In this document: piece by piece, positions 1-11,400 of the stretch
How positions within the stretch are numbered: the first letter of the stretch is position 1
Layout of the letters: every line of letters begins with the position of its first letter
Program-made: the position numbers and the translations under genes
The notes under the pieces: generated by a model
What the model saw: the letters and a program-made list of their open reading frames with translations, nothing else
The model's database searches: none
What the model was told of the DNA's origin: nothing
From: Catajapyx aquilonaris
Lineage: Eukaryota
Length of the DNA stretch: 27,174 nucleotides
Reading direction: 5' to 3'
NCBI GenBank assembly: GCA_000934665.2
Contig: KZ538486.1
Coordinates: 124,001-151,174 of the forward strand

Positions 1-2282
1 ACTCCTAATCGACTGGTTTTCCTTTTGAATCAAGAGCCAGCGGGAATAAGTCTTAAGAAGTATGTTTTCATTCTAATGCACATGGAACATATTGAACTTT
101 TCTGCTGATTCCATTAATGGTGGCTTTTAATGCATTACAGTGTGGAATGGTTAGTAGTGGATGAATCAGATAAGCTCTTTGAAGCAGGACGCACTGGGTT
201 CCGAGACCAGCTGGCGATAATTTACAAGGCATGTGACTCGGCTGGTGTGAGGAGGGCCATGTTCAGTGCAACCTTTGCACATGAAGTGGAACAGTGGTGT
301 CGTATGGAGCTGAACAATGTGGTCATGGTTAACGTTGGTGCCAGAAATGCAGCTGCTGACCTGGTTCAGCAAGAACTTACATTTGTTGGAAATGAGTCTG
401 GAAAACTTATTGCTTTTCGTGACTTGATTCGTAAGGGATTAGAACCTCCAGTGCTCGTGTTTGTCCAAAGCAAAGACCGAGCTAGGGAGCTCTTCAATGA
501 ACTTATTTATGATGGGATTAATGTTGATGTCATCCATGCAGAGAGGACTCAACTGCAGGTAGACAGCTACGGTTGTAAAATATGACCCAATATGAGGAGA
601 TAGTTGTATGGCCATAAAATTTTACATGCATTGTTTTTGCAGAGAGACAACACTGTGAGAAGCTTCCGACGTGGCCAAATTTGGGTCCTAATTTGCACTG
701 AATTGATGGGTCGTGGCATGGACTTTAAGGGTGTTAATCTGGTAGTCAACTACGACTTTCCACCAACTGCTGTTAGCTACATTCATCGGATTGGACGTAC
801 TGGCCGTGCTGGCCGTCCTGGAAAGGCTGTCACTTTTTTTACTGAAGATGATGTTATCTGTCTTCGCAGGTTAACCCCCATTTTAATATTTTCATTCAAT
901 GTAAATTACAAGCTTATCTGCATGTGGGAACCAACCTGTACTGGATGGTCATTGGGTAGGAGAAATTATCATAACTGCCGGCAGGAATTTGGTGGTGGTA
1001 GCTGAAACAAGCGTCAAATGCATAACAAACGTGTTGTCCAAGTGCAAGTTCATGCCATTTTCTCTCTGCCAGTGACAGTTCCCAGATGCAAATTGGGTTG
1101 TAAGTGGACAGAAAACACACTTATCAGGATATGAGAATAAGCCAATACTCAAGTTACGAGTCTAATGGCCATGTTTAGCGCTGGATTTACACCCCTCCTG
1201 CCCCTGGCCGCCCTTAAAGCAGTTAAAGGGACACTTCACTCAAAATACAAGTTGACCTCAAAAAATCGGGCCAAAAATCCTGATTCCGAGGGTATAAGCA
1301 GTTTTCCTGAGAGACTAACAGTAAAAGGCCAGGGAGGGCCATCAAAGTTCGGCAATTCGAATCTGGCGCAAAAGAGCAGCACCACTCCCGGTCTGGGCAG
1401 AAATTGGGATAATCCTCGGCCATCTTTGGTCTACGCCGGTCGACGCCTTCTTTGGTCCGTGCCACAGTCTTCATCCGGCCACCTCCAGATCAGACCCAAC
1501 TTTCAGGCCTAAACCAGTTTCTCCTAGTACGTGGTGGCGGTGCAGACTAGTGGGGCCAACTGGGCCGGAGGGGCAGCTCATTAGCAGACGACGAGACTTT
1601 CATGGCTCGCCCTGGCCTTACCGTTCGTCTCACAGACAAACTGGTTATATCCTCGGAATCGACATTTTTTGCCCGATTTTTAGAGACCAACTTGTTTTTT
1701 GAGTGTCCCTTTAAGATCCTCCACCCCCCGTATGTCACGTAAAATTCAATTTTTCTCCTGTGCTCTTGCCTTTGTTTTATGTTATTTTATTTTATTTTTA
1801 AAAATATAATATATTCTAGCTTGTGGCCACCCCCAGGCAATTGCCTACTCTGCCTAGTGGAAATCTGGCGCTGTCCATGTGAATGATCATTGTTCATAAA
1901 GAAAAGTGCAGGAGCCTGCAGTAAAAAGTAATAAAATGCAATGCCCCCGTCTTTTGACAGCATTGCTCAAGTGATGCGGGACTCTGGCTGTGAAGTCCCA
2001 GCCTACATGCTGAAGCTGAAGAAGCTCCCCAGGCAGTTGCGGAGACAGATGGACAAACACCCCATAAAAAGAGGGCATGTGACACCCAGAGCAGTGCGCA
2101 ACATGTCACAGAAGAAGCTGAGGACAAACAGGAGAGGAGGACAGAAGAAACGTGATGGAGAAGCGACGGCAAATGGGGGCACAAGCCAGAAGGCTGAAGC
2201 TGCATCCCCAACGAAGGAAGGTATGAAGAGGAAGGCGAAAGGAGATGGTGCAAGCAAGGTGAAGAAGACCAAAACTTGTTGA
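1..2282 (+). CDS. DDX52: DEAD-box RNA helicase DDX52/ROK1, 5'-truncated by the window edge (last 4 exons)
   Basis: Exons 1..59, 141..558, 643..869, 1961..2282 join in frame with GT-AG introns. Translation TPNRLVFLL...[14 protein letters not shown]...GFRDQL...MFSAT...[13 protein letters not shown]...[24 protein letters not shown]...[13 protein letters not shown]...[14 protein letters not shown] shows helicase motifs Ib, II (DESD), III (SAT), IV, V and VI in the DDX52-type context, then a basic C-terminal tail. Stop TGA 2280..2282. Confidence 0.93.
1176..1873. mobile_element. hAT-like non-autonomous element (outer element), interrupted by a Kolobok-like MITE
   Basis: Left end TAGCGCTGGATTT; the right end AAATCTGGCGCTG reverse-complements to CAGCGCCAGATTT. 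Flanks GCCATGTT (1168..1175) and TCCATGTG (1874..1881) match at 6/8, consistent with a decayed 8-bp TSD. Confidence 0.55.
1227..1710. mobile_element. Kolobok/T2-family-like MITE with long imperfect terminal inverted repeats
   Basis: TTAA (1223..1226)|AGGGACAC...GTGTCCCT|TTAA (1711..1714). Arms ~1227..1395 and ~1562..1710 are imperfect reverse complements (e.g. AAAAATCGGGCCAAAAATCCTGATTCCGAGG vs AAAAATCGGGCAAAAAATGTCGATTCCGAGG). TTAA TSD plus AGGR termini fit Kolobok/T2 MITEs rather than piggyBac (CCC termini). Confidence 0.75.
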
Positions 2283-2296
2283 AAATAATTTTTTTA

Positions 2297-2302
2297 AATA
2301 AA
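2297..2302 (+). terminator. AATAAA polyadenylation signal of DDX52
   Basis: AATAAA ~15 nt after the stop codon, followed by a TG-rich tract (2323..2338) typical of a downstream GU-rich element. Confidence 0.65.
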
Positions 2303-2499
2303 TGCAAATGTTGCGAAACTATATGTGTGTGTGTGTTTGCGTTATATTTGTCAGTTGGTGATGTAGGTTTGGGTTGGTATTACATTAGAGATAAATTATT
2401 TAGGTCTGTTAGTAGGCCGCATGTGATGGTGACAGGTCTGTGAGATCATTCCATGGCAATGGTGAGTACAGGCATGAGTGTGTGGGACGTGGCAGCCAT

Positions 2500-2839
2500 G
2501 TTTGATTGAGTCCCGATCCTTGCAGGCGAATGAATCGCCAATCGCGTGCCATTGTCGGGCATTTCGTTCCAAATGGCAGTGACGGCAGGTGACGGCAAGT
2601 CCTTCAGAGCTGCGAGTGAGGTCGTCTGAATAGGCCGTGACATCAGGGCGCCCCTGCCTCCCACTCTGACGCACCGTGTCGATCACGTTTCCTGCCCCTA
2701 AGCTCATTATCTCGTCTGGCTAGTGGCTCATCGTCAGAAGGCAAACAGCTGTGGTTGGGTAACAACCGCCGCACTGTCTGTACGGCAGGGAGATCAGGCG
2801 GACCTAACTCATTTCCGCGGAATCATCCTCAATCGACAG
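2500..2839 (+). promoter_or_regulatory. CpG-rich putative promoter / non-coding first exon of Hrs
   Basis: Locally CpG-rich block between the DDX52 3' end and Hrs, ending in a candidate donor CAG|GTATAA at 2839/2840. A matching acceptor TTATTTTCAG ends at 3556, 33 nt upstream of the ATG. Confidence 0.45.
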
Positions 2840-3589
2840 GTATAACACAGCTGCACTGTGCCACTGCACTTCTAGGAATGGTTCAGCTTCCATTGCATTA
2901 ATTAGGTGGAAAGGGCAAGTGGATCCGAATGTGTAGGACGTGGGAAAGATTACGAAATTCTGGGTGGGTGAAGTTAGCAAGGGTAGCAGGATGGCCTAGG
3001 CCTAATTCATCTAACCGTAATCCTGTGGATGTTCAGTACAGTGCCTGAGCTCTGGTTACGGCTATTCAGACTAGTACTAAGCCACAACTAAATCTCACTT
3101 CCAGTTGGTTGCAGGCAAGTAAACAGAAAACTTGTAAAATCAGGCGATCAATCACGGATGGACATACATGGGAAGAGAAGGTCAACTGTGGTCCAATGGG
3201 CCAGTTGTTGGCAAATAAGGTCTCAATTGTGTAGCATGATACATCTGCGCTGGAAGGATACAAACCTGCAAATGCATGCTTTTGTTAAATGAGAAACAAG
3301 AGGTTGCAAAAAGGGGAGTCATTCAGATTGAATAATAATTTTGGTGCTGGAGGGATTCAAAGGCAGGTGCAAAGAGTACCAAAAAATTAACGGAGTCATA
3401 TTTCTGGAACTAGATTCATGTTAATGTTGAAAAAGGTGTTAGATAATGCAAGTGATTGGGGCAGCAGACCTAGTGATAGATATCACACATAGTAGTCACT
3501 AACTGAAACACATAATGAGTTTAGCACATGGTGTAATGATGCATTATTATTTTCAGGAAGTTTGGAGGCTGTAATACTCATTTGAAAGC

Positions 3590-6500
3590 ATGTTCAAGTC
3601 ATCGTCAGCATTTGACAGGCTTCTGGGTGAGTTAGTAGGGTTGCATTTTATTATTCTGTCATTATATGCAACTTCCATTGCCACAGATAAGGCTACAAGC
3701 AACTTGCTTCTGGAACCTGACTGGAATTCAGTCCTTCAAATATGTGATTTGATTCGACAAGGTGATTGCCAGTGAGTATTATATTGATCTGTGCTTTTTC
3801 AATTTGCTGTGGAGATTGCAAGAGTGGTCACTGTTTCTTGCAGACCAAAAGCTGCCATTGCTGCAATCAAAAAGAAGTTGTACCAAACAAATTCACATGT
3901 TGTGTACTATGCACTGCAGGTATGCATTTTCTTTTCGTGTTGAATTTTTAATGATGCTGAATTTATGCAATGTGTGTTTCTCTGCAGGTTCTGGAGTCCT
4001 GTGTAAAGAACTGTGGATGTTTGATTCATGATGAGATTACCACCAAGCAGTTCATGGAGGAAATGAAGGAGTTGGCAAAGACAACCACACATGACAATGT
4101 AAAGAACAAGCTGTTGGAGATGTTGCAGGCTTGGGCATATGCATTTCGTAACAGTCCCAAGTACAGGGCTGTACAAGTATGGTCACATAATTATGCAAAA
4201 TTGTATGTTTCCAATATGTCCTACAGTTTGAAGTAATATAATGATATCCATAGGATACTGTCAACATCATGAAAGCTGAAGGCTACAAGTTCCCAACACT
4301 TGTTGAGACCGATGCAATGTTTGTGGCTGACACTGCTCCAGAGTGGGCTGACGGTGACTGTTGCAATCGGTGCCGTGTGCAGTTTGGCATGGTGCAACGA
4401 AAGGTACCATTGTTGATACTTGGTGACAAACTCACTTTGTGAACAACTACTTGTCCATTTCAGCACCACTGTCGAGCATGCGGGCAAGTATTCTGCAGCA
4501 AGTGCTCTTCCAAGTCTACCACTTTGCCAAAGTTTGGAATCGAGAAGGAAGTTCGTGTGTGTGAAGCATGCTATGCACAAGCAAACAAGTAAGTTTTCAT
4601 AAGTTTTTTTTTTCTTCGAAATGTGTTCCTATTAAATGTTTGTGGGATATTTTGTGAACATATACAAATTCTTTCGTCAATGTGGTTACAGTTGGTTGAT
4701 GTCAAGTAGACCTGGAGTCAAGACGGTAGATGAGCTAAAATCGTAAGCATTTGGCAGTGCTAATTGAGAAATCTTCCTAACAGTCATGAGCGTGCATACC
4801 TTACCCGAGAGGCAAGAAACCTTTGCTTTGAGCTATACTGATATTTGTGTCTTTTCAGCGCTGCTGTTAGCCAGAAGCCAGAGAGTGACCTGCCTTCAGA
4901 ATATCTTGCTAGCACTCTTTCACAACAGTCGCAGGTGAGACAGAACTCAGATGTAGCTGTTGTTGTTTTTTTCTAGTGAAAAAGCTAATTCAGTCACAGG
5001 CAGAGAGAAAAATTTTAATTTAATTTTTGTTTGGTAAAGGCACCTCCTAAGAAAAGTCAGAGAGAACTTGATGAAGAAGAGGAGTTCAATCTTGCTCTTG
5101 CTTTGTCCAAATCTGAAGCAGAAGAAAAAGAAAAGGAGGTGAGTATACTTAATCGGCTATCCCAGGAGCCACATCATTTGCATCTACTCTTCTCCTTCTG
5201 CAGAAATTGCGTGCTACATCTGCAATGCTGTCATCCAGCTACAGGCCACCAGCCCATTCACCTCCACCTGTAAGCCTTGATTGATTCTAAAGTTATTTGC
5301 ACAATAATTAATTCTAACCATTTCTTAGGACATGCTGCCTCAGGCTGCCAAAGAGGAGGAAGTGGATCCAGAATTAGCACGATATTTGAATCGTAGTTAT
5401 TGGGAACAGAAGCACAGAGACGAAGAGAGCAAGCATGCCGCTGGTCCGTCAGTCCAGCCCAGTGCTCCTGTCAGTGTTCAGAGCAATGGCAGGCCATCAT
5501 CACCTACCTTACGAGTCATGGAGGTTTGTTACTCTTTTTATGAGCAATGAAGCAGGAACACGAATCTTACTGAATTACCTGTTATGCCCAGAAATATCAG
5601 AATGGAGAAACAGATGAGGTTGAGGAATTTATGTCTACACTGAGGAGTCAGCTGGAAATTTTTGTGAACCGGATGAAATCAAACTCAATGCGTGGAAGGA
5701 ACATCAGTAATGATAGCTCAGTGCAGACATTGTTCATGAATATCACAGCTCTCCATTCTCAACTGTTGAAATATATGCAGCTGCAAGATGAGAATCGAGG
5801 TATGTATGTTTAATAACAAGATGTTTAACAAGAAGCATTTTTTTTTTTAATTTTCTTGTCACTTGCATGATTTTATGAATTTATTAGGGGATTACAGTAA
5901 ATAGGGAGAGTGAGTTTTTTTTCTCTCTCATACTGCAGGTGCATTGAAGTATAGTATGTGTCATTTGAAACCTCTAAAGTCTAACCCAACTCCACACTTC
6001 CACATATGAAACCCTGAGACTAATATATTTTTCCCAATGCAGCCTACTATGAAAATCTCCAGGACAAGTTGGCCCAAGCAAAGGATGCTAGAGCAGCACT
6101 GGATGCCTTGAGAGATGAACATCAAGAGCGTCTTCGTCGCCAGGCTGAAGAAGCTGAGCGACAACGCCACATACAGATGGCTCAGAAGCTTGAGATTATG
6201 CGAAAGAAGAAGCAGGAGTATCTGCAGTATCAGCGCCAGTTGGCTCTACAGCGCATGCAGGAGCAGGAACGGGAGATGCAGATGCGTCAGGAGCAACAGA
6301 AACAGCAGTACCTGCATGGTCAAATGCCACCTTACAACCCATTCATTCCTCCGCCTGGTAAGTGTTAATATGAAGTGGATTTGTGCGTCAAACCTAATTG
6401 ATCACGTCTTGGTTGTAGGTACAATGCAGGCCTTTCCAGTCAATGGTTCACCCCTTCATGGTCCATTCCAAGGTATGCCCATGCCCCCTGGAGCTGCTGC

Positions 6501-7297
6501 CTTTCCTCCACCAGTCACAGCCCCTCAAGGATATGGGGAATTTCACCCACCAATGATGGCAGGTAATGTGATTGCAGAAATATCTAATGACAAATGCGTG
6601 TTGTTGCAAATTTGATTTGTGAAAGGATCATTGACTTTTCTGCAAATAATTACCGGTACTTGAGTGTAGATATGACATAACATGTAACAACTCGAGTGTC
6701 TTGTGCGTTTAAAGGCAGATCCCACCCACTACCTTTTCTGAATGCCACCCACTTGGACAACCCAATGCAATAATTGAGGCTCTGCAAGACAAGGGGTTGC
6801 CATGCCTGGATTTGATAATTGCGAGGTTCCATATGTCAAATGTCTAACATGCAACTTTCCACGCATCACCCTCAGTTATCATATTGGGTTGTCCTAAGTG
6901 GGTGGCTTTCAGGTAAAGCAGTGCATAAGTTGTTTCTCAACATAAATTGCCATATATCCTTTATTACATCCAAGCTCCAAAAAGGCTTCCAGGAAAATTG
7001 GATTGTTAGTATAATGCGAATCAGCCCTTTTTACAGTTTGGTTGTACCACATAAATACTTGTTGCAGGTCCATCAGGACAAGCGCCATTTCCCAGGATGC
7101 CCCAGGGTCCAGGACAGCCCCAACCACCACCTCCTCCACAAGTATCACAAGCGCCTCCCCCTCCCATGGACCAGCAGCCAAATCCACCTCCTCCTGTTGC
7201 AGTGCTTTCTCCTCCAGCATCGCAACCTCCCCCAGCACCTGCTGCAGTTTCAGGGAGAGAAGAGAATAAGACAGCAGAGCTGATAAGCTTTGATTAA
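3590..7297 (+). CDS. HGS: Hepatocyte growth factor-regulated tyrosine kinase substrate (Hrs/HGS/Vps27), ESCRT-0 subunit, ~664 aa
   Basis: Coding exons 3590..3626, 3687..3771, 3844..3919, 3988..4176, 4254..4403, 4464..4588, 4859..4934, 5040..5138, 5204..5269, 5329..5523, 5592..5799, 6043..6357, 6419..6562, 7068..7297 (1995 nt, phases consistent). Domains: VHS ([13 protein letters not shown]...[10 protein letters not shown]), FYVE ([10 protein letters not shown]...RKHHCRACG...VRVC), UIM ([15 protein letters not shown]), [20 protein letters not shown]101-binding motif (5458..5469), coiled coil, P/Q-rich region, C-terminal clathrin box ELISFD. Confidence 0.96.
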
Positions 7298-8079
7298 GGG
7301 CCACAATATATAAAGCATGTTTTCACTCTTTTGACAATTGGAAGGGAAAATCTGTGCCTATAAGGCTAGTGCCCAAGGCATCTTTTCTACCATTCAAGTT
7401 TTGCAAGCTTTGTGTAAGCGGAACTCCCATAAGATATATCTAAAATGTCTCAACAAAACTGCGCAGCCAGTAGGTGTTGTCAAAATTTTATTTGAGTGGA
7501 CACCTGGCACTGCAGTGGAAAATATATGTTCAGTAGATGAACATTGCCTATTGTCTAGTAGGACTATTTCTGTGTAACTGACTCAGCGTAATGTAACGTC
7601 TCATGTTTGGTGGAACTGCTTACTCCCAATATGCTGCAGGAGGTGAGAATAACTTGTTGGTGGCAAAGAACACAAGGCCATGGCCATGTGCCATTTGAGT
7701 TTCTAAAAGTGGCTGTGGAAGTCAATAGAAATGAAATCAATTCTGTAAACGTGTTTTTCGTTAGTACTGTACCTTACCACTTGTTCTGATTATACTACTT
7801 ATTCTTAGTGCGTCTCTGACCAATGTCCAAATCTGCACTTGTTGTAATCCAGTTTAGCAATTAAATATACCATGTTGAAAAAAATGTGCTTGTTAAACCC
7901 AGATTTCAGTGAATGTGGAATAGCAAGATGTGACCGGCACCGTACAGTGAGGTACAAGAGGAGTGTCATCAGGTTTGGAACGCACAAGAAAATTGCATTC
8001 ATCGCATGATGAATGGCAATTGCATGTACATTTTTTTTTTTAGATCAAATTTATAGTCTGCATGCGATTCCTGGCAACT

Positions 8080-8436
8080 ATTTCATGACATCCCGGGGCA
8101 TTGCACTCTTTTCGACCATGTTCCCGGATGCCACAGCAATTTCGAGCATTGCGCGCATGCATGGGGTAATCGGCGGCCATATTTTTTCTAGTCACCATCT
8201 CGGCCAGCTTGGCTACGTCACCGGGGCGTTTAATGACATTTTTTTGGAAAATGTTTAAACACGAAACGGCCTCTAAATAATTGGCCAGTCCTCCAAAAAA
8301 AATCCGGGGGGAAATACCCGGGGCAGATTTTCAGAGTGAGGAGGTGGAGGAGGTTCCATTCGGTGTTCGCATATTTCCCCCTCCTTCCTTCCGAGGCTGC
8401 AGCCCTGTCTAGTGATCGTTGCACGTGTACCCAAAC
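8080..8436 (+). promoter_or_regulatory. CpG-rich putative promoter/5'UTR of GCN1
   Basis: CpG-rich block directly upstream of the ATG with three copies of CCGGGGC (~8092, 8221, 8317). The start-codon context AACATGGCG matches the YY1-type motif. Confidence 0.5.
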
Positions 8437-11400
8437 ATGGCGGAACCGGACGAGGTAAGAACGCCTATGGGGCCAGGACTGGCCATTCGCCCCCCGTGCG
8501 GGGAAGGGTGCACCGGATTTGGATGCGGGGTTGGGAGAAGGTGGTGCAAATCCCAACATGTCTGTTCCTTTCCAGGGCGCGCAGCTTCTGGTGAAGAATT
8601 GCATCTATCGGATCCAGTCCTCCAAGCAGAAGGACAGGGAGCAGCTCTTCGGGGAGCTCAGGGAGGCGCTCAGCAAACCAGGTAAAAGGTCCAGGCACAT
8701 TATTGCAAGGGGTAGGGCCTATTGCACCACATTGAGTCACCTGATGGACCTCGACGGACTGCGGAAGAGATGAGAGTGGGGAAATTGAGGGTACTTTATC
8801 AGAGGATGTCTAATATTAATCTGGCATGAACCCTGAAAACCATGCCTAATGCCTGAATTAATTGGGAGCCATTGGCTGTTCTGAAGTGTGCCCAGAATAT
8901 TTAGAATTTTACAGGTATCTTGAGATAGCAGCGACGGATTTACGGCAAGGCAACCTAGGCAGGAGGGAGGAAATCTCAACTGCCTAGGGCGGCAGGGGGA
9001 GTAAATCCAGCACTGGTTATCAGTACAATCAAAGGGAAAGGAGGAAGTAATGCCGCATCTTTCCATCCTCTTGTGATCCCCGTTTCTAAAATACATTTGA
9101 AAATGGCTGCTGTTTGGACTTTTGACCTACCAAAGCGATGCGATATACTAACATCACAATAATGTGCCACAGGGCAACACAGTGGCGGAGTGGTTACTGG
9201 TTAGCACCACAGCCTTCCACCTCTAAGGTCCCGAGTTCGATCCCCAGGTCGGACGGGGGATACTTATGTGGGTGATGGGTTCTCTCCGTGTTCGCGTGGG
9301 TTTTCTCGGGGTTCTTTCCTCCCGCAATCAAAATCCATCACAGCAAAGGCAATGATTAAAGATGGTTATTCAAAAGATGATCCCCTAAGAGGCCCAAGGA
9401 GGCCTATTATGGGGTATCCATTATTATTATCAGTATTGTGACTCTCCTTCATGGGATAGTACCATCTGGTATATCTCTTCATGATATAGGCTTGACATTT
9501 AAAAATGCACTTCATTTCACCCCAAAATACACTTCTACCGATTATCTGGGTGCAGATTATCCATGCATGACCAAAACAAAGGAAAATAAAAGTCTGAAAA
9601 AATGTCAGTATGTCTTGTAAACTAAGAAATATACCTTTTCCAGAAGACAAACTGGAAATGTGTGGGAAGTTTAATTATTTTTGATTAAAACCCTTATTTG
9701 AAGCATGTAAAGTACATACAGTAGTTCATTTAAAACCTCTGAACAGCTCACTTTTGCGGAATCTATAGCTGTTTCCCTATTATTATCAGTGTTTTCTGAT
9801 TATCCGGCAGCACCTGTGCAGTCATTAGCGTGGATTATCAGGAGTACAGTGTAGCACGCTCAAAATTAGGTTGAATGTCCTCTGGTATAGGGTATTTGAG
9901 ATTATTGCAGTGCACCCCAAATTTGTGCATCCATTGCATACAACACCATTTAGGCCAGGCTCCAATTGCCCTTGGATGTATGCATGGGATACGTAATTTA
10001 GACCCTCCAGCATTGTTTGAAGTCGCACCAGATTAATGATTCCGCCAGGCTGCAAGGGGTAATGTAGGGATGATTGGAGCCTGAGGGGAGAGTAGGAGAT
10101 AGAAGACGCCATGTGGAGCTCAGTCTAAACTAGGGGTCGATAATCCTACAAAACTTAGGATACAATTCTGGGCCTTCTTCATGAAACATGAGTGAATTCT
10201 GTTTCTTTCTAGACATAAGTGAAGGAAATTTGAAGAAAGCATGTCGCATCCTTGGCTACACACTTCCACGCTACCAGAACAACAAGTCACGGCGGCTCGT
10301 CCAGAATCTGATCATTCTTCTAGCAAAACTTCAGCCCCAGCCAACAGTCAAGTACATAACTCAGCTGCTGATGGACTACACCCGCGAGTCTCGCAACATT
10401 GTCTCAACGTACGTTTGTTATGTCTGCTATTTTTTGCTACCAATGGAAAGATGTATAAAATTGTTATTTCTTTGGCAGCCCCAACACATCACGCGTAGCA
10501 CTGACAGCTCTGACATGGTCATGTCTTCTGCTGCGCTATGGAATTCAAGACGCAAAGCAGTGCAGCGGCCCAGTGTTTGATGGCCTTCTGGCAGCCCAGG
10601 CAGTGCTCTTGAGCCAAGTGGTGGCCTCTGGTGTACCAAGACATGTAGCAAAGGCATCAAAGCTGCTTTCCATGACATGGGAGGCAATCCCAGGAAGTGT
10701 GGAGTGCTACGCTGAGCGAATTGCAAAGGAAGAACCACCTACATCCCATCTAATTGTATTCAGCTCTCACTTGTTGAAGCACCTAGCAGAGAAGAAGCAA
10801 CATGATGTCATTGCCAAGTACAAGGTATTGTAATCTCACTGTTATGATTCTAATGGAAGTTGTACATTTTTAAATGTCATTACATTGATCTTTATCAACT
10901 CATGTTGGTGATGAATCTGTAAAAGTATTATTGAATAATGGGAGATGTATAAATATGTGCTGTGATTTAACACGCATATTCTAATTCTAGGCAGGATACT
11001 TGGATGCATTCATCAAGATGTGCATATCATGCAAGGCAAAGCCACAGCTGTATGTTGTGGAGGATGCCAAGCTGCTGCTTCGTCATGCCACACACGAGGA
11101 GTTTGCACAGTCTCTTCTACCTGCCATGCAGAAGGCCATGCTTCGAAACCCAGAGATTATACTGGAGTCAGTAGGGCATGTTCTCAATGGAGTGTCACTT
11201 GATCTCAGCCGGTATGCTCTGGACATTGGAAAGACACTTGCCAGTGAGTATGAAATTATGATATTGTTAGTGATATTTTCACATCAACAAAGTTTATATT
11301 AACCCTTTGTCTCCCACGGCCATTTTGGTTGTATTATAATCAAGGTAGATGTAGAACGGTATCTCCTCTCCCGGTTTTTTTGTGCAGCCCGTCAGTAAGG

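Noticed and set aside
160..171. Motif II reads DESD rather than DEAD
   Set aside because: DESD is the usual motif II of animal DDX52, not a novelty or sign of inactivation.
1165..1738. Two opposite-strand ORFs (1165..1512 + and 1547..1738 -) with similar peptides (SKNRAKN.DSE.I.S)
   Set aside because: The similarity is just translation of the two arms of the Kolobok-like inverted repeat; not a protein family.
2323..2336. (TG)n run
   Set aside because: Short microsatellite, adequately explained as the GU-rich element downstream of the DDX52 poly(A) signal.
4589..4858. Possible snoRNA in the 270-nt Hrs intron
   Set aside because: One small hairpin and scattered box-like words, but no coherent C/D or H/ACA layout.
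9172..9250. Possible tRNA gene
   Set aside because: A and B boxes are present, but there is no clean acceptor stem, TGGTTA is duplicated, and a SINE core and tail follow.
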